Shown: positions 12,630-28,097 of the stretch, in pieces
Position numbering within the stretch: position 1 is the first letter of the stretch
How the letters are laid out: every line of letters starts with the position of its first letter
Origin: Eledone cirrhosa
Lineage: Eukaryota
Length of the DNA stretch: 64,000 nt
Direction: 5' to 3'
NCBI GenBank assembly: GCA_964016885.1
Contig: OZ024757.1
Span: 17,360,001-17,424,000 of the forward strand
Position numbers and translations under genes: made by a program
Notes under the pieces: generated by a model
The model's input: the letters and a program-made list of their open reading frames with translations, nothing else
What the model was told of the DNA's origin: nothing
The model's database searches: none

Positions 12630-13059
12630 TCTACCTGGAGTTGCGACCGATAGATAGTACTAGCAACTGGAAAGACCGACGGAAACATTGTTTCCTCGGT
12701 CCGATTTGACGAAAGTCGATCGATCAAAAAAATATATGGAGAGAGAGAGAGAGAGATAGTTACCATAAAATATGTGTCAACAGAACGGTAGAATGGTAAA
12801 TATGTTAATCCTACATTCCAGAGTTAATGAGTTTGAAATCCACTACAAATACCAGGTGAAATCTTAAATCAACGAAACTTCTGTTTTTATTAATGGATAA
12901 CATTGTGTGTGTGTGTGTATGTGTGTGTGTATGTGTGTGGTGTGTGGAATGGTGGTGGTGTGGTGAAACGTGTAGTTGCAGTGTGGTGTGATGTATGTGT
13001 GGAGTGGTGTGGTGTGTGTAGTGTTTCTGTGTATATTGTGTGTGTGTGTGTAGTTGTGA

Positions 13060-13330
13060 GGTGATGTCATGTTGCTAGGTCAAACCGCTGCTAGGTGATG
13101 TCATGTTGCTAGGTCACACCATGTTGCTAGGTCAAGCCATGTTGCTAAGTGATGTCATGTTAGTGATGTCATGTTGCTCGGTCAAACACTGTTGCTAGGT
13201 GATGTCATGTTGCTATGTCAAACCATGTTGCTAGGTGATGTCGTGTTGTTAAGTCAAACCATGTTGCTAGGTCAAACCATGTTGCTAGGTCAAGCCATGC
13301 TGCTAGGTGATGCCATGTTGCTAGGTCAAG
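13060..13330. repeat. Minisatellite, ~19-20-bp unit (CATGTTGCTAGGTCAAAC / CATGTTGCTAGGTGATGT)
   Basis: Roughly 14 copies with two interspersed variants. Confidence 0.9.
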
Positions 13331-13499
13331 TTCCTCTTCTCTTACTTTTAATAATGGATTTCTTTAATATCGCACTCACAAACACACATATGCCCTCATA
13401 TACATATATAAACATATACACACATACATATATACACACATATATACACACATATATACATATATATATATATAAACATACACATATACCTGTATCTAT

Positions 13500-13695
13500 G
13501 TTTGGTTCCGTAACTCCTGATAGAGTCATAGGGACACTGTATTGACATAGAGTGTTTCTAGGGCATTTTAAACCTGGCAGAGCCCATCCCTCTCCAGGCC
13601 TGAGTACAGCAGATTTATTCAAGAGAAAGATAGAAAGAGAGAGAGAGGAAATGAGAAAGAGATATAGAGGAAGAATCGACCCCATTACTTGACTG
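13500..13695. repeat. Dispersed repeat, inverted homologue at 40522-40710
   Basis: Shared GAGCCCATCCCTCTCCAGG.CTGAGTACAGCAGATTT; merges into a reverse SINE at 13680-13825. Confidence 0.75.
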
Positions 13696-13832
13696 GTACT
13701 TTTTTTATCAACCTTGAAAGGATGAAAGGCAAAGTTGACCTCGGCGGGATTTGAACTCTGAGATCAGAGAACTGGAATAAATACCATAAAGCATTCTATC
13801 TGTCAGTCTAATGACTCTGTCAATTCGCAGCC

Positions 13833-16090
<2,258 letters not shown>

Positions 16091-16167
16091 TAACATACAC
16101 ACCACACAACTATATACACACACACACATATAACATATACACACAAACCTATCCACATATGCACACT

Positions 16168-18832
16168 TTTCTTCTTCAGCCACTTATTCCTGAGTGGGTC
16201 ATGGGGGCAGAGTCCTCAAACACTCCTTCCAGTGGGGCCTATCAGAAGCAACCGCCTCCAACTGATCCGACTGGATCTTGGATGTTATCCAACCATCTTG
16301 CTTGGGGTCTACCTCTGGGTCTCTTGCCTGTTGGTTTTGCCCATAAAATCTGTCCAGTGATTCTTTCCTGACACATTCTAACCACATGCCTGTAATATCG
16401 GAGCTGTGATCTCTCAATTCAGAGAAATAGCAGCTCTACCTGGAGTGACTCTGATCTCTAAGCTACGCACTTTATCGAGTCACATCAGTGATTCTTTCCT
16501 AAGACATTCAAGCCACATGCCTGTAATATCGGAGCTGTGATCTCTCAATTCAGAGAAATAGCAGCTCTACCTGGAGTGACTCTGATCTCTAAGCTACGCA
16601 CTTTATCGAGTCACATCAGTGATTCTTTCCTAAGACATTCAAGCCACATGCCTGTAATATCAGAGCTGTGATCTCTCAATTCAGAGAAATAGCAGCTCTA
16701 CCTGGAGTGACTCTGATCTCTAAGCTACGCACTTTATCGAGTCACATCAGTGATTCTTTCCTAAGACATTCAAGCCACATGCCTGTAATATCAGAGCTGT
16801 GATCTCTCAATTCAGAGAAATAGCAGCTCTACCTGGAGTGACTCTGATCTCTAAGCTACGCACTTTATCGAGTCACATCAGTGATTCTTTCCTAAGACAT
16901 TCAAGCCACATGCCTGTAATATCAGAGCTGTGATCTCTCAATTCAGAGAAATAGCAGCTCTACCTGGAGTGACTCTGATCTCTAAGCTACGCACTTTATC
17001 GAGTCACATCAGTGATTCTTTCCTAAGACATTCAAGCCACATGCCTGTAATATCAGAGCTGTGATCTCTCAATTCAGAGAAATAGCAGCTCTACCTGGAG
17101 TGACTCTGATCTCTAAGCTACGCACTTTATCGAGTCACATCAGTGATTCTTTCCTAAGACATTCAAGCCACATGCCTGTAATATCAGAGCTGTGATCTCT
17201 CAATTCAGAGAAATAGCAGCTCTACCTGGAGTGACTCTGATCTCTAAGCTACGCACTTTATCGAGTCACATCAGTGATTCTTTCCTAAGACATTCAAGCC
17301 ACATGCCTGTAATATCAGAGCTGTGATCTCTCAATTCAGAGAAATAGCAGCTCTACCTGGAGTGACTCTGATCTCTAAGCTACGCACTTTATCGAGTCAC
17401 ATCAGTGATTCTTTCCTAAGACATTCAAGCCACATGCCTGTAATATCAGAGCTGTGATCTCTCAATTCAGAGAAATAGCAGCTCTACCTGGAGTGACTCT
17501 GATCTCTAAGCTACGCACTTTATCGAGTCACATCAGTGATTCTTTCCTAAGACATTCAAGCCACATGCCTGTAATATCAGAGCTGTGATCTCTCAATTCA
17601 GAGAAATAGCAGCTCTACCTGGAGTGACTCTGATCTCTAAGCTACGCACTTTATCGAGTCACATCAGTGATTCTTTCCTAAGACATTCAAGCCACATGCC
17701 TGTAATATCGGAGCTGTGATCTCTCAATTCAGAGAAATAGCAGCTCTACCTGGAGTGACTCTGATCTCTAAGCTACGCACTTTATCGAGTCACATCAGTG
17801 ATTCTTTCCTAAGACATTCAAGCCACATGCCTGTAATATCGGAGCTGTGATCTCTCAATTCAGAGAAATAGCAGCTCTACCTGGAGTGACTCTGATCTCT
17901 AAGCTACGCACTTTATCGAGTCACATCAGTGATTCTTTCCTAAGACATTCAAGCCACATGCCTGTAATATCGGAGCTGTGATCTCTCAATTCAGAGAAAT
18001 AGCAGCTCTACCTGGAGTGACTCTGATCTCTAAGCTATGCACTTTATCGAGTCACATCAGTGATTCTTTCCTAAGACATTCAAGCCACATGCCTGTAATA
18101 TCGGAGCTGTGATCTCTCAATTCAGAGAAATAGCAGCTCTACCTGGAGTGACTCTGATCTCTAAGCTATGCACTTTATCGAGTCACATCAGTGATTCTTT
18201 CCTAAGACATTCAAGCCACATGCCTGTAATATCAGAGCTGTGATCTCTCAATTCAGAGAAATAGCAGCTCTACCTGGAGTGACTCTGATCTCTAAGCTAC
18301 GCACTTTATCGAGTAACATCAGTGATTCTTTCCTAAGACATTCAAGCCACATGCCTGTAATATCAGAGCTGTGATCTCTCAATTCAGAGAAATAGCAGCT
18401 CTACCTGGAGTGACTCTGATCTCTAAGCTACGCACTTTATCGAGTCACATCAGTGATTCTTTCCTAAGACATTCAAGCCACATGCCTGTAATATCAGAGC
18501 TGTGATCTCTCAATTCAGAGAAATAGCAGCTCTACCTGGAGTGACTCTGATCTCTAAGCTACGCACTTTATCGAGTCACATCAGTGATTCTTTCCTGACA
18601 CATTCTAACCACATGCCTGTAATATCGGAGCTGTGATCTCTCAATTCAGAGAAGTAACAGCTCTACCTGGAGTGACTCCCTGATCTTTGAGATATACACT
18701 TATTAAGTCATGTTACTCCAAAGACCCTTTGGAGGAATCCAATTTTGGCCGCTTATATTTGCGATCGTATACTTTTGGACATCACTAAAGATTCATGGCG
18801 ATACATTAGGGTTGACACAAAAACACTTACTC
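16168..18832 (-). mobile_element. Expander/REX3-like RTE LINE fragment containing a tandem array
   Basis: Minus strand encodes a degenerate IRSQI*AAKIGFLQRVFGVT...VELLFL*IERSQLRYYRHVVRM...[14 protein letters not shown], ending in (GAA)n. Confidence 0.88.
16355..18690. repeat. 131-bp tandem array, ~18 near-identical copies, LINE-derived
   Basis: CACATCAGTG junction at 16481, 16612, 16743 ... 18577. Confidence 0.97.
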
Positions 18833-19234
18833 TAAAATATTATATTTGTACAGACAATACTTCACTGTCTGCACTGAATAAACTGTTAACCCGTTAAACT
18901 GTTAAACCATTGGAGACAGTAAATAAAGTTTATTTACTTGGTTGAGAATGTTAGATATAACTAAACAATCAAGTGAAAGTATCTCTATATACATATCATC
19001 ATTGCTATTTAGCGTTTATTTTTCCATGCTTGCATGGGTTAGACGGGTCGTCCATGCCAGGAGGCAAGTCTGGCCAGAGTTGGCCATGCCATACCTTGCT
19101 CTGATGAGGACTGTACATTTGGCCAGGTATTTTACAGCTGGATGCCCTTCCTAACCCCAACCACATTTACAGTATATATATATATGTAACAAAGGAAGTG
19201 TGGTAAGGAATAACTAACACCAACCACATTTACA

Positions 19235-19274
<40 letters not shown>

Positions 19275-19278
<4 letters not shown>

Positions 19279-20190
19279 AACGAAGGAAGTGTGGTAAGGA
19301 ACCAGGTGGACCATAATGCACCAGAATACTCGATACTATGGGTAGTAGAGTGGGTAATAGGAAAAGAGTCAGGACCCCGACGGCTGATCTCCGGCCGTTT
19401 TGACAGTTAACTCTGAACTAACACAGTATTATTAGCACAGCAGTAGTCTGGCTGAACTTATCAAGGGGTAATTCCATATATGGGCATGCACTCGTGTCAA
19501 GGAGTTCTGTAAGTTGTTGTTATCAGGGGAGTGGTCAAAGTTTTTGCAAGGACAGTTAAATTACTTCATAGTGGAGGGTGGATTGGCTGGACAACCTACA
19601 CTACATCCACCGCTGTTCTAACCATCCTAAGAATATTACCAACAACTTGGTTAAAAACATCTCCCTCCGCATATCTCGCTTGTCTGCTAAGGAGCAGATA
19701 TTCAACGAACACGCGCCATATTACAACCAAGGCCTCAAGAGAAGCGGCTTCTGGGAGGGCATCTCATATCATCCAAGCCCTTCTATACAGATCCAGCAGG
19801 CGACGCTGCCGCTCACGCCACGTAACGTGGTTCAACCCTCCCCCACAATGCCGAGGTTGCAACACCAATTGGGAATACCTTTTTTAGACTCCTTGAGAAA
19901 CACTTCCCACCACAACACCGCTACCACAGTATCCTCAACAGAAACACCGTCAAACTCTCCTACACCACTACACCCAACTTCGCACAAAACATTGCTTCTT
20001 CAAACAACAAAAAAACTCCTCTTTAACCGAAGAAATAACCTTAATATTAGCGGAGAGCAGACTAGGAGGTGTAACTGTCCGGATAGATCATCGTGTCCCC
20101 TCAACAACAGATGCCGAGAACGTAACGTGGTCTACCAGTGCAATGTGAGAACGGAAAGCTCTAACAAGGCCTACATCGGATTAACAATGT
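19275..20190 (+). mobile_element. Penelope-like (Neptune-type) element fragment with adjoining inverted 3'/pseudo-LTR segment
   Basis: 19590-20187 reads YIHRCSNHP..I...LVKNISLRISRLS, TWFNPP, KHFP, CNCPDRSSCPLNNRC..RNVVYQC...YIGLT across frameshifts; 19275-19575 shares segments with dispersed pieces at 9780-9880, 39970-40045 and 42760-42815. Confidence 0.9.
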
Positions 20191-20334
20191 ATATGTGTGT
20201 ATATATATATATATGTAATATTTGTGTTACTGGTACTTTATTTTATCGATCACATAAGGATGAAAAGCCAAAGCTAACCTTGGCAGGATTTGAACTCAGA
20301 ATGTAAAGAGATATAAGACAAAGAAGAAGAATCA

Positions 20335-20484
20335 TCAGTAGTAGTAGTAGTAGTAGTGGTTATAGTGATGGTAGTAATAGTGGTGGTAGCATTAGTTGTA
20401 ATAGTTGTAGCAGTAGTAGCAGTAGTAGTAGCATTATTGTCATCATCATCATCATCCTCATCTGTAGTAGTAGCAGTAGTAGTG

Positions 20485-20531
<47 letters not shown>

Positions 20532-20550
20532 CGTGGTAGTAGTAGTAATT
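20335..20550. repeat. (AGT)n trinucleotide tract
   Basis: Directly visible. Confidence 0.9.
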
Positions 20551-20679
20551 AATGTGGAGATGGGGGAAGATTGTCAACATATTTTAATGAAGTAAATGAG
20601 TCAGAAATTTATTTAACGAGCTAAAGAAATTGTTCTAGGTGTGTCCTTGTACAGGAAATATATAATTGATCTAGATCTT

Positions 20680-21160
20680 ACTGTTTGATCATAGGTCTAC
20701 TGGATCAGGTCTGACCTAGGGTTAAACAACAACTGCTTGATCATAGGTCTACTGATCAGGTCTGATCTAGGATTAAACAGCAACAACTGTTTGATCATAG
20801 GTCTACTGGATCAGGCCTGACCTAGGCTTAAACAACTGATCATAGGTCTGGTGGATCAGGCCTGACCTAGGGTTAAACAACTGATCATAGGTCTAGTCGA
20901 TCAGGCCTGACCTAGGGCTAAACAACTGATCATAGGTCTAGTGGATCTGGCCTGACCTAGGGTTAAACAACAACTGTTTGATCATAGATCTACTGGATCA
21001 GGCCTGACCTAGGGTTAAACAACTGATCATAGATCTACTGGATCAGGCCTGACCTAGGGTTAAACAACTGATCATAGATCTACTGGATCAGGCCTGACCT
21101 AGGGTTAAACAACTGATCATAGATCTACTGGATCAGGCCTGACCTAGGGTTAAACAACAA
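20680..21160. repeat. 45-bp minisatellite (~10 copies, some longer)
   Basis: AACTGATCATAGATCTACTGGATCAGGCCTGACCTAGGGTTAAAC at 21021, 21066 and 21111. Confidence 0.95.
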
Positions 21161-21262
21161 CAGCTTTTTAACTATATCATTATAAGCTTGCTGGATCAAA
21201 ACTGGCCTGGGACTAAACCACAACTCTGTTTGATCCTAAAATACTTGTAGCTGAGTGGACTT

Positions 21263-21353
21263 TGTGGATTGGCAGAATCGGTAGAGTGTCGGACAAAACG
21301 CTTTGCAGTATTTAGTTATGGCCCTTTACGTTCTGAACTCAAATTCTGTCGAG
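21263..21353 (+). mobile_element. SINE head (Nin/Deu-like family), truncated
   Basis: GGATTGGCAGAATCGGTAGAGTGTCGGAC... with a degenerate B-box. Confidence 0.75.
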
Positions 21354-23565
21354 GGCCAGATGGTGGTGTTATATCAGGTGGAAGGGTTATGTTTACTACC
21401 CTAGTGGACTTCTCTAAAGCCCCTACCAAAGGGCCAGGTACTGGTGGTGGTATATCAAGGGAGGGGTTATGTTTACTACCCTAGTGGACTTCTCTAAAGC
21501 CCCCTACCAAAGGGCCAGGTACTGGTGGTGGTATATCAAGGGAGGGGTTATGTTTACCACCCTAGAGGACTTCTCTAAAGCCCCTACCAAAGGGCCAGGT
21601 ACTGGTGGTGGTATATCAAGGGAGGGGTTATGTTTACCACCCTAGAGGACTTCTCTAAAGCCCCTACCAAAGGGCCAGGTACTGGTGGTGGTATATCAAG
21701 GGAGGGGTTATGTTTACCACCCCAGAGGACTTCTCTAAAGCCCCTACCAAAGGGCCAGGTACTGGTGATTGGTATATCAAGGGAGGGGTTATGTTTACCA
21801 CCCCAGAGGACTTCTCTAAAACCCCTACCAAAGGGCCAGGTACTGGTGGTGGTATATCAAGAGAGGGGTTATGTTTACCACCCTAGAAGACTTCTCTAAA
21901 GCCCCTACCAAAGGGCCAGGTACTGGTGGTGGTATATCAAGAGAGGGGTTATGTTTACCACCCCAGAAGACTTCTCTAAAACCCCTACCAAAGGGCCAGG
22001 TACTGGTGGTGGTATATCAAGAGAGGGGTTATGTTTACCACCCCAGAAGACTTCTCTAAAGCCCCTACCAAAGGGCCAGGTACTGGTGGTGGTATATCAA
22101 GGGAGGGGTTATGTTTACCACCCCAGAGGACTTCTCTAAAGCCCCTACCAAAGGGCCAGGTACTGGTGGTTGGTATATCAAGGGAGGGGTTATGTTTACC
22201 ACCCCAGAAGACTTCTCTAAAGCCCCTACCAAAGGGCCAGGTACTGGTGGTTGGTATATCAAGGGAGGGGTTATGTTTACCACCCCAGAGGACTTCTCTA
22301 AAGCCCCTACCAAAGGGCCAGGTACTGGTGGTGGTATATCAAGGGAGGGGTTATGTTTACCATCCCAGAGGACTTCTCTAAAGCCCCTACCAAAGGGCCA
22401 GGTACTGGTGGTGGTATATCAAGGGAGGGGTTATGTTTACCACCTTAGAGGACTTCTCTAAAGCCCCTACCAAAGGGCCAGGTACTGGTGGTTGGTATAT
22501 CAAGGGAGGGGTTATGTTTACCACCCCAGAAGACTTCTCTAAAGCCCCTACCAAAGGGCCAGGTACTGGTGGTGGTATATCAAGGGAGGGGTTATGTTTA
22601 CCACCCCAGAAGACTTCTCTAAAGCCCCCTACCAAAGGGCCAGGTACTGGTGGTGGTATATCAAGGGAGGGGTTATGTTTACCATCCTAGAGGACTTCTC
22701 TAAAGCCCCTACCAAAGGGCCAGGTACTGGTGGTTGGTATATCAAGGGAGGGGTTATGTTTACCACCCCAGAAGACTTCTCTAAAGCCCCTACCAAAGGG
22801 CCAGGTACTGGTGGTGGTATATCAAGGGAGGGGTTATGTTTACCACCCTAGAGGACTTCTCTAAAGCCCCTACCAAAGGGCCAGGTACTGGTGGTTGGTA
22901 TATCAAGGGAGGGGTTATGTTTACCACCCCAGAAGACTTCTCTAAAACCCCTACCAAAGGGCCAGGTACTGGTGGTTGGTATATCAAGGGAGGGGTTATG
23001 TTTACCACCCCAGAAGACTTCTCTAAAGCCCCTACCAAAGGGCCAGGTACTGGTGGTGGTATATCAAGGGAGGGGTTATGTTTACCACCCCAGAAGACTT
23101 CTCTAAAACCCCTACCAAAGGGCCAGGTACTGGTGGTTGGTATATCAAGGGAGGGGTTATGTTTACCACCCCAGAAGACTTCTCTAAAGCCCCTACCAAA
23201 GGGCCAGGTACTGGTGGTGGTATATCAAGGGAGGGGTTATGTTTACCACCCCAGAGGACTTCTCTAAAACCCCTACCAAAGGGCCAGGTACTGGTGGTTG
23301 GTATATCAAGGGAGGGGTTATGTTTACCACCCCAGAGGACTTCTCTAAAACCCCTACCAAAGGGCCAGGTACTGGTGGTTGGTATATCAAGGGAGGGGTT
23401 ATGTTTACCACCCCAGAGGACTTCTCTAAAGCCCCTACCAAAGGGCCAGGTACTGGTGGTGGTATATCAAGGAAGGGGTTATGTTTACCACCCTAGAAGA
23501 CTTCTCTGAAACCCCTACCCAAGGGCTAGGTGCTGGTGGTGGTAAATCAGGGGAGGGGTTAGCAC
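21352..23565. repeat. 80/81-bp minisatellite, ~27 copies
   Basis: Unit AAGGGCCAGGTACTGGTGGTGGTATATCAAGGGAGGGGTTATGTTTACCACCCCAGAGGACTTCTCTAAAGCCCCTACCA; end copies are diverged. Confidence 0.97.
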
Positions 23566-23604
23566 CTTTAACTTTAGCAAATTTACTGAACGGCAGTATA
23601 TAAA

Positions 23605-23945
23605 GGATGATAATGGTGATGATGGTGATGGTGGTGGTGATGATGGTGGTGATGGAAGTGGTGATGATGGTGGTGATGATGATGATGGTCATGATGATGA
23701 TGATGGTCATGATGATGATGGTGATGGTCATGATGATGATGGTGATGATGGTGGTGATGGTGGTGATGATGGTGATGGTGATGGTGATGGTGATGGTGGT
23801 GGTGATGTTGATGGCGGTGGTGGTGGTGGTGGTGATGGTGATGATGATGATGATGATGGTGGTGATATTGATATTGGTGATAGTGGTGATGATGGTGGTG
23901 GTGGTGATGGTGATGATGATGGTGATGTGGATGCTGTGTGATGGT
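23605..23945. repeat. (GAT/GGT)n tract
   Basis: Directly visible. Confidence 0.9.
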
Positions 23946-24124
23946 GGAAAATAGATTCTTACTTCATTGATTTCTTCTCCTTGTCAGTGAAGACATTGAT
24001 CTGGTATGGCCTAATGTCTGTCTGTCTGTCTGTCTGTCTCACTATTATTATTATTAGTGTTAGTAGTAGTATTTGGTGGGGTGGTTGTGGGGTAATTTTG
24101 TGCATCTGTATAAGTCAATGCATG

Positions 24125-24222
24125 AGTGTATGTATGTGCACATGCATACAAATACACACACACACACATATATATATATATATGTACATATATACATATA
24201 TACACAAGCATATCTACACACG

Positions 24223-24256
<34 letters not shown>

Positions 24257-24273
24257 TACATACAGATACACAC

Positions 24274-24348
<75 letters not shown>

Positions 24349-24372
24349 ACACATATATACACACGTATATAT

Positions 24373-24423
<51 letters not shown>

Positions 24424-24472
24424 CACATACACACATACACATATATATATATATACATATATATGTGAGTGT

Positions 24473-24503
<31 letters not shown>

Positions 24504-24686
24504 ATATATATGTGTGTATATATAATATATATATATGTATGTATATATAATATGTATGTATATATAATATATGTGTATATATAATATATGTATGTATATA
24601 TAATATGTGTATATATAATATATGTATGTATGTATATATATATATATATGTATGTATATATAATATGTGTGTATATTTAATATATG

Positions 24687-24720
<34 letters not shown>

Positions 24721-24930
24721 AACACTACATATATTTGCACAGTTGTAATACACAATGAAGAAATAACACAAATATATATATATACACACAACAGTTCACA
24801 TACTTACACACTTATACCTCCCACCTATATACTCACATCCACATACACATTCACATATGGTCTCATTTACACACACACACACACACACATACATATATAT
24901 ACACACCTACACACAGGAACTCACATATAC
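24125..24930. repeat. (TA)n/(CA)n compound microsatellite
   Basis: Directly visible. Confidence 0.9.
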
Positions 24931-25002
24931 ACGTCTATAAGTGGCAGATATATTTTTAATATATATATATGATATTTCTGACACAATTGATCTGTTAGCT
25001 TC

Positions 25003-25805
25003 TACCAACATCACCACCACCACCACTACCACCACCTACATCATCATCATCACCACCACCACCTACATCACCACCACCTACATCACCACCACCACCACCA
25101 CCACCACCTATATCACCACCACCACCACCTATATCACCACCAACACCACCTACATCACCACCACCACCACCACCACCACCACCACCTATATCACCACCAT
25201 CACCACCTACATCACCACCACCGCCACCACCACCTACATCACCATCACCACCACCACCACCACACCACCACCATCACCTCTATCACCACTACCACCACCC
25301 CACCACCACTACCACCTTCACTCATCACCCCCCAGCATGTTTGCCCTCCCCTTCTCCTTCACCCTCGCCCGCAGTATATTCCCCCCCCCCCCCTCCAGTA
25401 TTCCCCCCTCCTCCTTCATCCCCACCCCCAGTATGTTTCCCCTCCCCTACTCCTCCAGTATACCCCCCCCCCCTTCACCCCTCACCCCCCACAGTATATT
25501 GCCCCTCCCCGCCTCCTCCACCACCCCAGTATGTTTTCCCTCCCCCACTCCTCCAGTATATCCCCCCTCCTTCACCCCTCACCCCCCACAGTATATTGCC
25601 CCTCCCCGCCTCCTCCACCACCCCAGTATGTTTCCCCTCCCCTACTCCTCCAGTATATCCCCCCTCCTTCACCCCTCACCCCCCCAGTATATTGCCCCTC
25701 CCCGCCTCCTCCACCACCCCAGTATGTTTCCCCCTCCCCTACTCCTCCAGTATATTTCCTCCTCCTTCACCCCTCACCTCCACAGTATATGCTCACCCCC
25801 CACCC
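25003..25805. repeat. (ACC)n tract followed by a C-rich ~100-bp minisatellite
   Basis: CAGTATGTTTCCCCTCCCCTACTCCTCCAGTATA...CAGTATATTGCCCCTCCCCGCCTCCTCCACCACCC repeated about 4 times. Confidence 0.9.
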
Positions 25806-25943
25806 TGTGATGTCATCCAATTATTGTACACATCGTTTACAGAGAATGTTTGGTACTTTATGGAAACGCATTAGTAATTATAGTAACAAATAAGTCTTCA
25901 CTGCAAGATCTATAGCTATATCGATATCTATCTGTCTGTATAG

Positions 25944-26392
25944 TGGCTATGGTGGACGAGATAGAGAGGACTGAGGACTGATGCCTTTCTCTCCGGACAA
26001 CAACTCATTCCCTTCTTTAGGTACCACTTTAGAAGGAGAATCAGAGTGGAGAGAGAGGCACTGCACCCCAGTAAATTTACTGAAAGGTGGGTGAATGTGG
26101 CAAAAATGGCCTGAGTGAGTGGGCCTTCTCTGTATATAAACCTGTAGGCTGAAGAAGAGAGCAAAAGGAAGAAGGGAGCAGTTGCACAACATGCTCCTGA
26201 AGTTGAGGGTTGTTCTATCGACGGGGTATTAAACAACCCATTTGTGGCGCCTCCCCCCCTATTGGGGATTTCGATTGTTTAATTTGTTTGTTTCAATATT
26301 TTTACACGACTGTATGTAAAATCCCCGGCATGTGTCTTTGTATTGTCCCCTTTTCTTGTGCGCCCTTGTGGCTAATAAAGAAATCTATCTAT
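25944..26392 (+). mobile_element. L1/Tx1-like LINE 3' end
   Basis: WLWWTR*RGLRTDAFLSGQQLIPFFRYHFRRRIRVERE.L.PSKFTERWVNVA; 3'UTR ends AATAAAGAAA then (TCTA)n. Confidence 0.7.
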
Positions 26393-26417
26393 CGATATCT
26401 CTCTGTCTATCTATACC

Positions 26418-26742
26418 AACACCCCAGTAAATTCGCTGAAAGGTGGGTGAATGTGGCGAAAATGGCCCGAGTGAATCGGCCTTCTCTGTATATAAACCTG
26501 TAGGTTGAGGAAGATAAACAGAGGGAAGACAGGAACACCTACAAAACGTGTTCCTGGTGTTGAGGGTTGTTCTAGCCACGGGGTGTAAAACAACCCTGCA
26601 GTAACGTTCCCCCCTATTGGGGATTTCAATTGTTATTTTATTATATATAGTTTATTGTTATTTATTAATGTTAAAGTTATTTTTATGTAAAACCCCTGCC
26701 GTCCCATTTTTCTTCGCCCCTGTGGCAAATAAAGAAAGATAA
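26418..26742 (+). mobile_element. Second, diverged L1/Tx1-like 3' end
   Basis: PSKFAERWVNVAKMARVNRPSLYINL*, then a homologous 3'UTR ending AATAAAGAAA. Confidence 0.7.
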
Positions 26743-27328
26743 CTATACCAATATCTATCTCTCTGTCTATCTGTCTATACCAATATCTATCTGTCTAACT
26801 ATACCAATATCTGTCTGACTGTCTATCTATACCAATATCTGTCTGACTGTCTATACCAATATCTGTCTGACTGTCTATACCAATATCTGACTGTCTATCT
26901 ATACCAATATTTGACTATCTATCTATACCAATATCTGTCTGTCTATCTATACCAATATCTGTCTGACTGTCTATCTATACCAATATATGTCTATCTATAC
27001 CAATATCTGTCTGACTGTCTATCTATACCAATATTTGACTGTCTATCTATACCAATATCTGTCTGACTGTCTATCTATACCAATATATGTCTATCTATAC
27101 CAATATCTGACTGTCTATCTATACCAATATCTGTCTGACTATACCAATATCTGTCTGACTGTCTATCTATACCAATATCTGTCTATCTATACCAATATCT
27201 GACTGTCTATCTATACCAATATCTGACTGTCTATCTATACCAATATCTGACTGTCTATCTATACCAATATCTGTCTGACTATACCAATATCTGTCTATCT
27301 ATACCAATATATGTCTGACTGTCTATCC
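26743..27328. repeat. Variable minisatellite CTATACCAATATCTG(TCTG)ACTGT(CTAT)
   Basis: About 20-28-bp units built on TCTA/TCTG tetramers. Confidence 0.92.
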
Positions 27329-27436
27329 AGAGTTGGGCCAGATCGATACAGATCGAACCTTGAGCTGATCATTAGTGAAACGTGAGTCACCAACCAATAA
27401 GTGTAATGAAGGCTTAACAAATCGTCCTTGTATTAT

Positions 27437-27486
<50 letters not shown>

Positions 27487-27704
27487 TGTATGTATGTATG
27501 TATGTATGTATTATTAATGTGATATTTGTGACAAAACTTCACAAAAGGTTCATATATTATGTTGAAAGCTTTTAATTTAAATAGGAACTCTTTAATATGA
27601 GTGGTTCTGTTTTAATAGAACCGGAGATGTTTTTGGGTGGGTTCGAATAAAAAATACTAAGGATGTCCCACCCTTGCAAGCAGGGAAAAGCGGACGTAAA
27701 ATGC

Positions 27705-27740
<36 letters not shown>

Positions 27741-28097
27741 GAGTCAGTTATATTAGTAAAATACTCAATTCTCTTGATTATTTTCAAAATGATCTTCAAA
27801 GGATTGGTAGTGTCATTAGAAATACAGTTACAAGAGTGTTGACCTATTTATGACCATATTTCAAATGAAATACACTTCATTTCAGTTAATTAATGAAGAC
27901 TTTTGAGGGATTTACTAAAAATATTAACTATTTCATTACTATGATATTAACTTAACATATAGTTCATATACAAAATTATGCTGGAAGATTTTAATTTAAA
28001 TAGTTCCGGTAAAATACTGGGGGTCAACATAATTGACTTCTTCTTCCCCACATAATGCTGGAATTTTGCCAGTATTAGGAAGCATTATTAAGATAAG

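Noticed and set aside
16355-18690. CRISPR-like array (also considered for 21352-23565 and 50777-53050)
   Set aside because: Units are contiguous with no unique spacers, there are no cas genes, and the context is eukaryotic.
21630-23509. KGPGTGGG repeat ORFs
   Set aside because: The 80-bp unit is not a multiple of 3, and stops are frequent.
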